A stretch of DNA of 63,410 nt, filler included, from Octopus bimaculoides (lineage: Eukaryota): NCBI RefSeq assembly GCF_001194135.2. It is 7 parts of 7 records of this genome, joined end to end, with 100 filler letters (N's around TTAATTAATTAA, not from the genome) between each part and the next. Parts side by side here need not be neighbours in the genome. Positions count along the whole stretch, not along the records: positions 39,171 to 52,823 come from NC_068989.1; positions 52,924 to 60,047 come from NC_069002.1; 5 more parts are not named here. One strand, 5' to 3'. Made by a program: the position numbers and the translations under genes. Under the pieces are notes generated by a model that made no database searches, was not told the DNA's origin, and saw only the letters and a list, made by a program, of their open reading frames with translations. Positions within the stretch are counted from its first letter, which is position 1, and every line of letters begins with the position of its first letter. This document shows, in pieces, positions 41,161 to 53,425 of this stretch.

Positions 41161-42519
41161 TGGGCCAACCAAAGCCTCATGAGTGGATTTGGTAGACGGA
41201 AACTGAAAAGAAGCCCATCATATTATGTATATATATATATATATATCTGTATATGTTTGTGTGTCTGTGTTTGCCCCCCCCACCCACCACCACCACCATC
41301 ACTTGACAACCGATGCTGGTGTGTTTACGTTCCCATAACAGTTTAGCAAAAGAGACTCGATAAAATAAGTACTAGGCTTACAAAGAATAAGTCTTGGGGT
41401 CGATTTGCTCAACTAAAGGCAGTGCTCCAGCATGGCTGCAGTCAAATAACTGAAACTAATAAAAGAATAAAAGAAAAAAGAATGAAAAATACATTGTCAA
41501 GATAAAGACAAAATTCCCAAGTTGTGTCCTGAATACCAAATAGATTATTACTACATTCTCACGATCCCGTAGTGAAGATTTGGTTGGCTGTCCTCCTCCT
41601 CCTCCTCCTCAATAGAGACATTGACCTATTATCCAAATAACAATATCATGTCACAGTCAAAGAAATGAAGTTGAAAAACAAAAAAAGAAACCAAGCAGCA
41701 TAAAAATCATGAAAGTGAACTCATTCCATATTGAAAACATTTCTCTACTCAAAAGGTGTTACTGTATTATATATCAAGCTCAAAGTTCATCGAAAATGAC
41801 AGTTTTTTTTCTCAGATAATTTTATTGTTTCATTGACAAGAATATATTTCGGACTTTAGTAACAACGGAATTTTATTGTTGTTGATATCACTGGTGTTGT
41901 GGCTTCCAAAGCAGCAGCAGCAGCAGCAGCAGTAGGAGTAGGAGTTGCTGTTGTAGTAAACACCTTATGCAACGTATACATATACTGAGTTGCATTGACT
42001 TTTAACCTTGTGTAACGCTCTGTGTCTGTGAGAGAGAGGGAGAGAGAGAGAGAGTGGTAGTGTAGAGCCATAGAGTAGAGGTAAAGTGTTGCTGAAATCT
42101 AGTAATGTCATAATGTATGCAGAGTAATGACATCGTGTGAGAATAGAAGAAGGGTGGATGTGGAAATCATCCAGTTGATGGTTGTGAATCTAATAATTTC
42201 TCAACTCAGTGCATCGTTTTAGTCTTACTGCAGGGGACATCAAGAATTCAAGCATTTCGTATGAGCACAATCAACGTAGGTAAGGTGCCTTAACTTCAGG
42301 CAGGTATCAAAACCAGATGGTAGGTTCGATTTGCTGGAAACAAATTTACTGCTCGACAGCATCAAAATTACAATCAGAATCTCAATCAAATTGAACTGGC
42401 TCCCATGAACACAATAAGCAGCATTCATGCATGGATTGTTGCCAGTGCCACCTGACTGGCTTCCCATGCCAGTGACACATAAAAAAGCACCATCTGAGCA
42501 TGGCCAATGCCAGTGCCAC

Positions 42520-43480
42520 CTGTTCATGAGAATTACTCTTGATCAAAATATCATCCAAGTACAAGATTGCAAATTCACAATTAGATCACATAGTATCCAG
42601 GATTTGTTGGAAAACTGCTACTGCAACTTTTAATCCAAAATGAAATTGTGTGTACAATCTCTACAATCTTCTGTGTGTATTGTCAAATACTTTGAGCATT
42701 TTTCATTTACTTTTATCTGTAAATAGGCTTCAGGCAGATCTAATTTGGAAAAAAATTTTCCACCATTTAACTTTTTACAGTTTCAATTGGGTGGAAATGG
42801 CATTTTTCCGTTTGCTTTAAATACAGGTACAGTGTTTTCACGCACTTCAAAATAAACTTCTGTCTTTCTACATTGACCTAAAATCCTCTGATAACACTTG
42901 TGTAAACATTTCTTTCAGTTCGTCTGAAGACTTGTTTTTAACAGGGCAACCATTTATGTTATTGCAATAAAGATTTATGGGGAGGTGCCATAAATCAAAC
43001 AGTTATAACCAATCTGCGCCAAACAGATTGACTGTGTTATCCACAACGAATAATTTTGCTTCATGTGTCTCTCTTCAAAATGTGACATCAATACATGTTT
43101 TGCCCATGAAATGTCATTTATTGCCCATTACACCACATGCTCTTTTTGCTGTTTTACATAATCTCGGGTTTACCAATTTTTTTCCCAAGTATCCACATTT
43201 ATGATTTAAATGTCACTATCTGTGCCTGACTGTAATTTGGCATTCACCTTATTTATTTGACGTGCACAAATTTTCTCACTTTTGTCATCACAATCACTCT
43301 CTGCCGAAAACACCTTAGAACTTTTTGTGTTTGAGTCTTGTTCTACAATGAGAACTCTTGTGTCCTAGCTTGACAACTGTAGCACTCTTTGTTTTGAAAT
43401 GGACAATCCTTTTTGTAGTGTCGGCTTCCACAACCATAACATGGACTGGGGCTTGACACTTTTTTTATTTTATTGTGACA
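42520..43480 (-). mobile_element. Second degraded Ty3/Gypsy element (gag zinc knuckles, protease trace, RT), minus strand
   Basis: Manual minus-strand translation gives PSPCYGCGSRHYKKDCPFQNKECYSC..GHKSSHC (about 43340-43450, tandem knuckles), LNGGKFFSKLDLPEAYLQIKV (about 42700-42775) and VAVAVFQQILDTM...LYLDDILIKS (about 42535-42625), with frameshifts. Confidence 0.85.
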
Positions 43481-44039
43481 AGTGCAAGTCATGGTCAGAG
43501 GAGCAGAAAGTAAGGCTTTTACTATACAAGGTAGCTCCTTAGACTGACCATTTCATATTGTGCCATTTTCCCAGCATTCCCTTCATTTGACATAGATATT
43601 TGAATTTTTGTTGAATTTCCAATCTTTCTGCTGTCTAAGGATGGATATTGATGTCTATGAGATATTTTCAAATGTAATTGTGGAGAAGAGAAGAAGCAAA
43701 TTTATCTCATCTTGTCTTACTCATCTAAATTTGTCTTTTATATGCTCAAACAGAATTGAGAATTTTCTGAAATAGTGTTCTGAATAGATTACAGTGTTTT
43801 TGATGCATTTACAAGACATTTGCTCAGCTGATGTAGTTTTTGAACATTTATAAAAAAAAAATTTTCTCAGTCAAAAATGCAGTAAATATTGGAAAAGCAG
43901 ATCTTTGGATTATTATTTATTATTATGACTTCCCAGTGCACCATCACTGCTTTGAGGTCCTGAATACATTTCAGGCCAGTGTCTGCAATCAAATTGCTGA
44001 TGTGTGACAATGTTTTCTTCTGCTTACATCACCATGAAG

Positions 44040-44390
44040 TGGGTTCCACAAGACTAATCTGGATGCTTCTAGTGGAGGATGATGCATGCAGTGACCAAAT
44101 AGTCACAGCTCTCTTTGCCTGATCGTCTCGGAAACAATCGGCAGGTCTCCATAGGCAATTCATTTGTCGTATGTTGCCATCATTTCACATTTAGAGTTAT
44201 TCGTGGCATCCTTGTGTAGCATTCATTTAGCCCGTTTGATCATTTCTATGTCAGTGTCCATGTTTCGCTACCACATTCAACAGTTGCAAAGAACAGCTTG
44301 ATTTTGATGTGCCTGGGCAATTTGGAATATCACTTGACTGGTTCAAAGACATGTATGCCATTTTCTTGACATTTGTGTGCCATCTTATCT
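44040..44390 (-). mobile_element. RTE-clade LINE RT C-terminal relic
   Basis: Minus frames give KLPRHIKIKLFFATVECGSETWTLT, NECYTRMPRITLNVK and LFGHCMHHPPLEASRLVLWNP, matching RTE motifs GSETWTLT, YTRMLR and GH..RH. Confidence 0.75.
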
Positions 44391-45159
44391 TAGCAGCTGA
44401 TGTTTCTACTCAGCTGGGCAGCTTAATCTATTAGATATGATCTATTGCATAGGAGTTCTGGATTCCAAATCTGCCAAAATCAACTTTGACTTTCATCCTT
44501 TTGGGGTCAATAAATTAAATACCAGTGAAACACAGGGGTCAACGTAACTGACCAGCCTCCTCCCCAAACTTTTCAAGCCTTGTGCCTATAGTGAAAAAGG
44601 ATTACAGTTATCTGGTCCCTTGGCCAGTCCTAGTCGAGCAGGCCCATGGTCTTAGGCATTGCATCCATGGCTATTCTAAAATTTTCACAGAGATAATATA
44701 TCTACGATCATGTTATCCAATGCGCCTTTTTAAAGACAAAATGCTGTGCGTTAAGAGCGATTCAACTGCTATTTTTAGCAGGTAAAGTGACCACTTAATG
44801 TTGGAGTGGAGGTAGATTTTGGAGTTTAAAGTATTGAAGTTCTAAAACTAGAGAAACGTCAGCTGCTTATCTAGAGAGAGAGAGAGAGAGAGTAGGGCTA
44901 GGAGAGAGGGGTAGGAGAGAGTGGGTAGGAGAGAGAGAGAGAGGGGGGATACATAGAAGCTTATCTTCAACACTTTTGTTTGTGATGTGCTTATCAGTTT
45001 AATGTATCACGAGTGCCTAAATAGTGTCAGTTTAAGTAAACCACGCCTGACGAAAGCCACCGCCGCCGCCGTCGTCGCTGCCGCGGCCACCACCACCACT
45101 ACTACTACTACTACGATCCTCATCAACTGTTTACAAATGAAATAGGACAACCAGATACG

Positions 45160-45193
45160 CACGTGCCCTGACGTCACTTCCTTCTCTTATAAA
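45160..45193 (+). promoter_or_regulatory. Putative ACP7 core promoter: E-box, overlapping CRE/ETS site, TATA box
   Basis: CACGTG 45160-45165, TGACGTCA 45169-45176 overlapping ACTTCC 45176-45181, TATAAA 45188-45193. About 100 bp upstream of the ATG, next to a CpG-rich (GCC)n patch at 45058-45090. Confidence 0.55.
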
Positions 45194-45289
45194 TAATAAT
45201 TGAGTTTGCGAGGTCGCCGCCGAGCAATTGAAACAAGTCTGGTCTCCCAGTCGATCCTTCTTCACTCTTGCAACCAGTCTTAAAAAAAG

Positions 45290-45404
45290 ATGTCAATCAG
45301 CGGAGCTTTCGTTGGAGTAACGCTGTTACTTTTGATTTTTTCCAGTGTTACGGCTGATGGCCCATTCTATTATCAACCCGAGCAAATTCATTTATCTTAC
45401 GGAG
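45290..45404 (+). CDS. ACP7: Purple acid phosphatase (ACP7/PAPL-like), coding exon 1: signal peptide and start of the N-terminal FN3-like PAP domain
   Basis: ATG at 45290 translates MSISGAFVGVTLLLLIFSSVTADGPFYYQPEQIHLSYG+G, then a canonical donor G|GTAAGA at 45405. The hydrophobic signal-like stretch and the PEQ(I/V)HLS motif are typical of PAP N-termini. Intron phase 1. Confidence 0.9.
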
Positions 45405-45593
45405 GTAAGATCTAAATATAATCTCAATTCTTTTTTTTATTTCTGGTGGTCGTAAATTGTTGCTCAGATTCTCTTTACGGATTAACTACTATTTCTGACT
45501 CTTAGTCCTCGCTTAGATTTGAATATATTTAGACTCTTCCTTCCTTTCATTTTAGTAATTGATTATCCATTCCATACTACACCATTCAAAAAT

Positions 45594-45625
<32 letters not shown>

Positions 45626-45629
<4 letters not shown>

Positions 45630-45984
45630 TTGTTTCAGTCATTTGACTGCGGCCATGCTGGAGCACCGCCTTTAGTCGAATCAAATCGACCCCAGGACTT
45701 ATTCTTTGTAAGCCTAGTACTTATTCTATCGGGCCCTTTTGCCGAACCGCTAAGTTACGGGGACATAAACGCACCAGCATCGGTTGTCAAACGAAGTTGG
45801 GGGGGAGACAAACAGTCACACAAACATATACACACATACTTACATATATATATATATACATATATACGACGGGCCTCTTTCAGTTTCCTTCTACCAAATC
45901 CACTCACAAGGCTTTGGTCGGCCCGAGGCTATAGTAGAAGACACTTGCCCAAGGTGCCACGCAGTGGGACTGAACCCAGAACCA
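45626..45984 (-). mobile_element. SINE family A, near full-length, in ACP7 intron 1
   Basis: Contains all family A blocks: CTTGGGCAAGTGTCTTCTACTATAGCC, GTGAGTGGATTTGGTAG, internal (TA/TG)n and GGTGCTCCAGCATGGCCGCAGTC. Confidence 0.9.
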
Positions 45985-48016
45985 CAAATCTTCCTTAACT
46001 ACCAAATCTTCCTTAACTACAGTTGCAGATACTTGTCATTGTAAAGAATTTAAAACGTTCCTTTAGTCAGAGAAACAGGAAGAAGGAATGCCAAGTAGCA
46101 ACAGATGCAACACATTGATTTATGTAAGATAGAAGAAAAATAAAATTAGATCCAAATTTCTCATTCAGATTCGGCATCTCTCGGATAGTTGCTTCGTCTA
46201 TTCATCAAAATTAAAGCTGCATGTTTTTGACTATTTTTATAGAATTGAAATCTGTATTTACCTAAAATCTAAATATTTATTATAAAAATATCACCGGGAT
46301 AGAATCAACATTTTACTATTTCAAGTCTTTATAAACAATCATTTTCTCATAACAATCCTTCGATTGCCTATAAAAATGTTGTATCTCATGTAAAATTGTA
46401 TAAATTTAAAAGCAAGATATAGTTCTTGGCTTTGCTGTTGCTATATATCACCTTCGATTTGTCTCACTGAGGTCAACTTCACCTTTCGTCCAGCGATCGA
46501 TAGAAAAACATTTCATTGATTATACCGTCCCTCCGAATTTGTAGGAGTGCCAATGTTAAAAATCAATATTTTTATCGATTCGCAAGGAGATTTAAAAGCC
46601 GAGTCAACCTCATTATTCTTTGAATTTAAAAAGATAAGGTTCTGATCCTTGATAAAACATCTAATCCGATACTGTTTTTCTGCCCAATAACATCAATCAC
46701 TACAACATAAATGATGGCGAGGTTTCAAATAAACATGAGACTGCATTCTGGGAAGGAGGGGGGAAGAGAGGGTAGTCAATTATGTCATCCCAGTATTTGA
46801 CTGAGTCTAACGAGAATTTATAGTTTACAAGACGGCGAACCGGCATCCGCCGAGGTCGACTTTGCCTTTCATCCTTTCGGGGTCGATAAATTAAGTACCA
46901 GTTGCACACTGGGGTCGATGTAATCGACTGGCCCCCTACCCCCAAAATTTCGGGCCTTGTGCCCAGAGTAGAAAAGACTACCTTAAGTGGGCATACGGCC
47001 AAACAATTTGTGGGAGGCATGCACAGGATTAAACTGTATTTGCAATAAAAAATAAAATCCTTTTTCGATTGTCATAAATTTGTGGTGAGAATGAGGATTT
47101 ACTACTACTACTAATAATAATAATAATGGTTTCAAATTTTGGCACAAGACCAGCAAGTTAGGGGGAGGGGTTAAATCGACTTCAGGGACTCCAGTGCCCA
47201 ACTGATACTTATTTTATCGATCCTGAAAAGATGAAAGGCAAAATCGACCTCGGCAGAATAATACCAATGATAAGAACTAAATCACAATACATGAGGGTTT
47301 TTTTGGGGGGGGGGATAAGAGTTTATTTTTTTTCTCATACAAAAGAAGAACATGATCTTAATTACAAAAATAATTCACATTTAAATACAAATCCAAAAAA
47401 GACACAAATATGAGCAAATCCCAAAAAGACAACAAAATTATCATCTCATAACTGGAATAATGTTTTGACAGAGGTGAATTTTATATCAGTTAATTGGACA
47501 TCATTAGAGATCAGGATAATCTGATGTACCAGCATCTTGTTATAAAAGGTCAAATCAACACTTACTGATAGAACTCGAATATTTGGAATTTCCCAAAGAA
47601 ATCAAGAAAATGTTGATAATAGTTATACTGTGACTTTATTTTGTAAAAATCCTGTAATTTACAAGAGATGGCTCAGCATCATTAACATATTCTTTGAATC
47701 TTCATCTTGTAGTTAAAAATGGAAACGTTAGGTTTTTGTCACTGGCCTCAAGTATTCTTTCATAGCAATCTGCCAAGCTTCTCCTTAATGACATTTTTTT
47801 TCTTTTACTTTGGCTGAGATTTTTTTAACTTCAGCTTTCAAGAGTCAATTCAGTTTTAAAGTTTTCCATTTGAACCAACATAACGACTTTCATATACTCT
47901 CGCCTGTAACAACTCTCTTCCATAGTTACTCTTTGTAATTACTCTTTGATACTCTCCCCCTGCATTAAAGCTACTCTGTAGATCTACATAAATTCTAATC
48001 TGTTAATTATTTTTAG

Positions 48017-48211
48017 ATGATCCGACACAGATGGTGGTTACTTGGGTGACAATGAGTGAGACTAACTCTACAATGGTTGAATACGGTCAGGATTCGTTAC
48101 AATACATGGTCCCAGGCACTGAAACCCTCTTCATAGATGGTGGCTCTGAGCAACGGCACATTTATATGCATCGGGTCACATTAACTAAACTGGATCCAGG
48201 CCAGAAATACA
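48017..48211 (+). CDS. ACP7: Purple acid phosphatase (ACP7/PAPL-like), coding exon 2 (PAP N-terminal domain)
   Basis: Acceptor ttttag|AT at 48016/17 joins exon 1 in phase 1, giving DDPTQMVVTWVTMSETNSTMVEYGQDSLQYMVPGTETLFIDGGSEQRHIYMHRVTLTKLDPGQKY, then donor A|GTAAGC at 48212. The motifs MxVTW, FxDGG, YxHRVTL and LxPG recall animal ACP7. 195 nt, phase 1-1. Confidence 0.92.
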
Positions 48212-48539
48212 GTAAGCTGCAACATTTTTAATTTCAATTCTCATTCATTCTTTTGATTTTGCTCATATATCACAGAAGTCACCATCAAGTGCTACAGAAG
48301 AATGTCATCATCATCATCTATTCCCAGTTTTCATGTTGGCACGGGTTGGGTGGTTTGACAGGATCCACTGAGTCATACAAACCTGCAATGGGCTCCGTGT
48401 CAGTTTTGTGTACATATACATACATATGCATATGCACACATACATATATATACATACATACACATACATATAAACACATACATACACATACATATAAATA
48501 AACATACATATACATTATATAAATACATATATGTATATA

Positions 48540-48805
48540 CATTATATAAATACATATGTATATACATATATATATATAAACATATATATATATATAAACA
48601 TACATATATATAAATATATATATATATACATACATAAACATATATATATATATACATATATATATAAACATATATATATATATACACATACATAAACATA
48701 TATATATATAAACATATATATATAAACATACATATATATATAAACATACATATATATATAAACATACATATATATATAAACATACATATATATATAAACA
48801 TACAT
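48540..48805 (+). repeat. 18-bp minisatellite (ATAAACATACATATATAT)n emerging from TA/CA microsatellite
   Basis: Regular 18-bp units from about 48720-48805 with looser units upstream. The unit resumes at about 49510-49536. Confidence 0.8.
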
Positions 48806-49499
48806 GTGAGAATGGAGGAGGATAGCTGCGTGAAAAAGTGCCACACCCTAACAGTTGAGGGAACCCGTGGAAGAGGTAGGCCCAGGAAGACCTGGGCTGA
48901 GGTGGTGAGGCAAGACCTTCGTACATTGGGCCTCACCGAGGCGATGACTACTGACCGAGACCTTTGGAAATGTGCTGTGNNNNNNNNNNNNNNNNNNNNN
49001 NNNNNNNNNNNNNNNNNNNNNNNNNNNNNNNNNNNNNNNNNNNNNNNNNNNNNNNNNNNNNNNNNNNNNNNNNNNNNNNNNNNNNNNNNNNNNNNNNNNN
49101 NNNNNNNNNNNNNNNNNNNNNNNNNNNNNNNNNNNNNNNNNNNNNNNNNNNNNNNNNNNNNNNNNNNNNNNNNNNNNNNNNNNNNNNNNNNNNNNNNNNN
49201 NNNNNNNNNNNNNNNNNNNNNNNNNNNNNNNNNNNNNNNNNNNNNNNNNNNNNNNNNNNNNNNNNNNGGCACATAAAAGACACCATTTCGAGCATGGCCG
49301 TTTTCGTGCGGGTGACACGTAAAAGCACCCACTACACTCTCTGAGTGGTTGGCGTTAGGAAGGGCATCCAGCTGTAGAAACTCTGCCAAATCAGACTGGA
49401 GCCTGGTGTTGCCATCCGGTTTCACCAGTCCTCAGTCAAATCGTCCAACCCATGCTAGCATGGAAAGCGGACGTTAAACGATGATGATGATGATGATGA
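48806..49499 (+). mobile_element. 5'-truncated RTE-clade LINE 3' end with (GAT)n tail (internal gap)
   Basis: [34 protein letters not shown] contains the RTE C-terminal [10 protein letters not shown] motif. A 3' UTR-like segment ends in (GAT)n at 49480-49499. Confidence 0.85.
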
Positions 49500-49789
49500 T
49501 ATATATACATATATATATAAACATACATATATATACTCTTTACTCTTTTACTTGTTTCAGTTATTTGACTGCGGTCATGCTGGAGCACCGCCTTTAGTCG
49601 AGCAAATCGACCCTAGGACTTATTGTTTGGAAGTATAGTACTTATTCTATCGGTCTGTTTTGCTGAACAGCTAAGTATAATGTACATATGACCACGTCAA
49701 GTTGCTTTAGATGTACTATGAGTGTGTCACAGACCGCATTCGAATGCGACACAGCAGTGTCAATGTTGTGACACGGATGTACGTCACAA

Positions 49790-51040
49790 CTTCTCTCTAT
49801 TTTACTCTCTCTATTTTACTCTCTCTAGTTTACTCTCTCTGTGCAGAACACAGTCGGCATTGGTACGTGTGTGTCTGGCAGACAGGTGAGCCTCTGTGAG
49901 TGCAATGCACATAGCTTGATGCCATGCAGACAGTTCTCCCAGGCATGCAATTTTGCATTTGCTGTTGTTTTGCAAGAGGCTTCTGATGATGTTCATCAGT
50001 AGAATTGGCATAATGGATGACTTGGCAGCAGTGGTGGCCATCCTGGGTCCATATACTTGTGACAGTTTTGTGTGTGGGTGGATATGGCTTTATTTCATTT
50101 GTAGCCATGATAACTGCTGTATTATTGTTTTGTGCGATACAAAATATAGCTTGCACTGCATCTCTGTACAGCTTCATGACGGTCTTCATTGTTGGTGTGG
50201 ACTTCCCTGAGTGTGGGTGCTTATCCAGATTACCGGGTGGACAGTGGTAACTGATGTGCACTCTATCTTGCCTACGTTTTGGGTGTACAAAGCAGCAGTG
50301 TGTCCCCTTCTCTTCATACCAGCAGACTCCTTTTATGTAGAATTTACAGGTTGTGTTAATGGGTTTAGCCTTAGGTTTGAACTCTGCTGCACCTGTCTTG
50401 GAGCTGGTTCCTCTCCACTGAGTTGCCACGTTGGGAGAGGGAATTGGAGCTGCTTCGGTTGAGAGCTTTGGGATTATTTTCTTGCTCCTCTTCAATTTCC
50501 ACATCACTGTAATTACCCTCATCAGTGGGTAGAGTGCTGGCTGCTCTGGGCCTCTCGCTTGGCGCATCAGTTTTGCTGTTTTCCATGCAAACAATTTGCT
50601 CAGGCAAACGAGCTTTTCTAAGTTTAAAAATGGTGTCCAACATGTCCAGATGTGGCTTGACAAGTTCATAGGAGGGGGCTGAGTTCTTTCCTTTTTCGTT
50701 CTGTCTACTCCTCGGTGCTATTGAATCCATTGTTTTTCAGGGCTGCAGTAATCACATTGTTGGGTGGGTCATTTTCGGCAGCAGCAACCCAAACCCATAG
50801 GAGTAGGCCTATTTCTATGCCCTTCCCGGTTGCCATCTTGGCCCTGTTACTACTGTCTTTATGACGTGTGATTGATTGGGGAGTGCAGAGAGGGAGAGAG
50901 GGGGGGTTGCGATAGGGAGAGAGTAGGGATAGCGAAAATGAGGAGAGTACACCAGGGGAGGGAGGGAGGTTAGACGAGGAGAGCAAATTGATAAAAGGGA
51001 GTGGGGGGGAGCAGGGGTTCTACAATCGCAAGGAGAATTC
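49790..51040 (-). mobile_element. 5' part of a CR1/L2-like LINE: ORF1 with Cys/His motif and start of the APE endonuclease, antisense in ACP7 intron 2
   Basis: Minus ORFs at 49830-50730 contain CKFYIKGVCWYEEKGTHCCFVHPK (CCCH-like). 49811-50041 gives ILLMNIIRSLL...MCIALTEAHL, matching the APE N-terminus (N..L, E in xxxETxL). Clade assignment is an inference. Confidence 0.7.
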
Positions 51041-53161
51041 ATTCAAGAAAGTTTAGTTGGCACAATTTTTTTTTCCCCAAATGTCCAGGTGTATGGTACA
51101 AATTTACGTCAACAAGCTTATACTAAATCCAGTTGTTTAATATAAGGATCTTCATCCGTGAACAAAAAAAAAAAAATTGCGTTTTCAAAATTCCAATTAT
51201 CCATATGCTAGAAATAACAGCCAAATCTCACAAAACTGCGAAAACATAATGTAATCAATCTTCNNNNNNNNNNNNNNNNNNNNNNNNNNNNNNNNNNNNN
51301 NNNNNNNNNNNNNNNNNNNNNNNNNNNNNNNNNNNNNNNNNNNNNNNNNNNNNNNNNNNNNNNNNNNNNNNNNNNNNNNNNNNNNNNNNNNNNNNNNNNN
51401 NNNNNNNNNNNNNNNNNNNNNNNNNNNNNNNNNNNNNNNNNNNNNNNNNNNNNNNNNNNNNNNNNNNNNNNNNNNNNNNNNNNNNNNNNNNNNNNNNNNN
51501 NNNNNNNNNNNNNNNNNNNNNNNNNNNNNNNNNNNNNNNNNNNNNNNNNNNNNNNNNNNNNNNNNNNNNNNNNNNNNNNNNNNNNNNNNNNNNNNNNNNN
51601 NNNNNNNNNNNNNNNNNNNNNNNNNNNNNNNNNNNNNNNNNNNNNNNNNNNNNNNNNNNNNNNNNNNNNNNNNNNNNNNNNNNNNNNNNNNNNNNNNNNN
51701 NNNNNNNNNNNNNNNNNNNNNNNNNNNNNNNNNNNNNNNNNNNNNNNNNNNNNNNNNNNNNNNNNNNNNNNNNNNNNNNNNNNNNNNNNNNNNNATCCGT
51801 GAACAAAAAAAAAAAAATTGCGTTTTCAAAATTCCAATTATCCATATGCTAGAAATAACAGCCAAATCTCACAAAACTGCGATAACATAATGAAAGAAAT
51901 ATGGTTAAACCGAAAGATGTAATCATTCTACTCACCTTCTCCGCAAAGATTTCTTTCAAAGTAATTTCCTGCAGCAATATGACAAAACTGAAATTAAACT
52001 GTTCATTCATTCTAATTTTTTGTTTACGTCTCTGCCATGTGCGCCAAACTTTTACTTCTCCGTTTTCTGTTAATCCAGCTTATTTGCTTTTTTTTTTTCT
52101 CCCGAGGGTTTCAAATTGAAAATCTAAAAATTATTTACGCTTACCTTCAGCATTCGACGTGCAAGAAATTTCATTCTGCGACGACTACGATATCTCAATG
52201 ATTATATCGTATTTTATTCCAGTATATTTCCTTTTCACTCGATATGCAGCGGCATTTTTCGAACGGTTTCAACGCTTACCTTAATTAAATATTGCAGGTG
52301 CAAAGGTTATAATAAACTTTTACCTGGTAAAAAGTTATCAGAAATACTTCAGAGTGTCTACAAACACCATAACTTTCCCATGTATTCTATTTTATTCCAG
52401 TATATTTTGTAGTAATATATTCAATTATATTCAATATGCAACGACTTCTCGTTGGATTCTTGCACTTATTTCGAAAGGTTTCAACCTATCCTATCGATAT
52501 TTTCTTACAGACTCTCTGGAGCAAATTTTGGCACGCCTTCAGCATACGGACACCGGAAGTGTGTAAAATTTTTATTATGATCGCTACGGATCTAATTTAC
52601 AGAGATGATACAAAGACAAATACAAACAGATGTACAAAATGTATGAAGTTCTTTTTAAAAAATGTTTACGATGTATTTATAAAATTTAAGAAACGATGAC
52701 TTTGAATATCCAGACATACATATGCATGCATACCCACACACATCTATATAAATATATATATATATACACATACATACATACATACATACACACACACACA
52801 TACCCATACATACACCTACACACNNNNNNNNNNNNNNNNNNNNNNNNNNNNNNNNNNNNNNNNNNNNTTAATTAATTAANNNNNNNNNNNNNNNNNNNNN
52901 NNNNNNNNNNNNNNNNNNNNNNNCTCTATATATATATATATATATATATTTTAAAAATAACGTCGACCACTAAAAATGTACCTTAATCCCCTGAGATTGC
53001 AGATAATATTTCTGAATCTCTTTGATTCTTTAAATGTGCTGGCCCCCTGATAATTAGTCGATATTAATTAATATATTAATATGTGACTAATTACCAGATC
53101 TTATAATATAATTATATATATATATATATATATATAGATAGATAGATAGATATATAGATAG

Positions 53162-53245
53162 ATGCGATTGAAGACAGAAAAATAGGTGATGGGTGTTGAA
53201 ATACGCATATACAATCATTACCTATTTTTCTATCTTCGATCGCAT
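53162..53245. repeat. 84-nt hairpin (30-bp arms, 24-nt loop)
   Basis: ATGCGATTGAAGACAGAAAAATAGGTGATG (53162-53191) pairs with 53216-53245, 3 mismatches. Confidence 0.75.
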
Positions 53246-53425
53246 TGTTTACATTGATGTATCTGCATACAAAACATTGTAACTTTCAGTGCTGGCTCTA
53301 AATTCTATAGAATACTGTTGTAGAGACAATTTAAAAGTGATTGGATCACTCTGCTAACACAAATATAGGACACAGCATTGGTTAATAAACCTTCAATATA
53401 CTTGGTAGTATAATACTGAAGTTTA

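Noticed and set aside
45985-46020. Small tandem duplications (18 bp here, 20 bp at 2282-2321, 10 bp near 2180-2199)
   Set aside because: Ordinary slippage or repair duplications with no further structure.
51155-51890. About 95-bp direct repeat on both sides of the 51264-51794 gap
   Set aside because: Near-identical sequence flanking a gap most likely reflects unmerged contig overlap or two haplotypes. It cannot be called an LTR or tandem repeat without reads.
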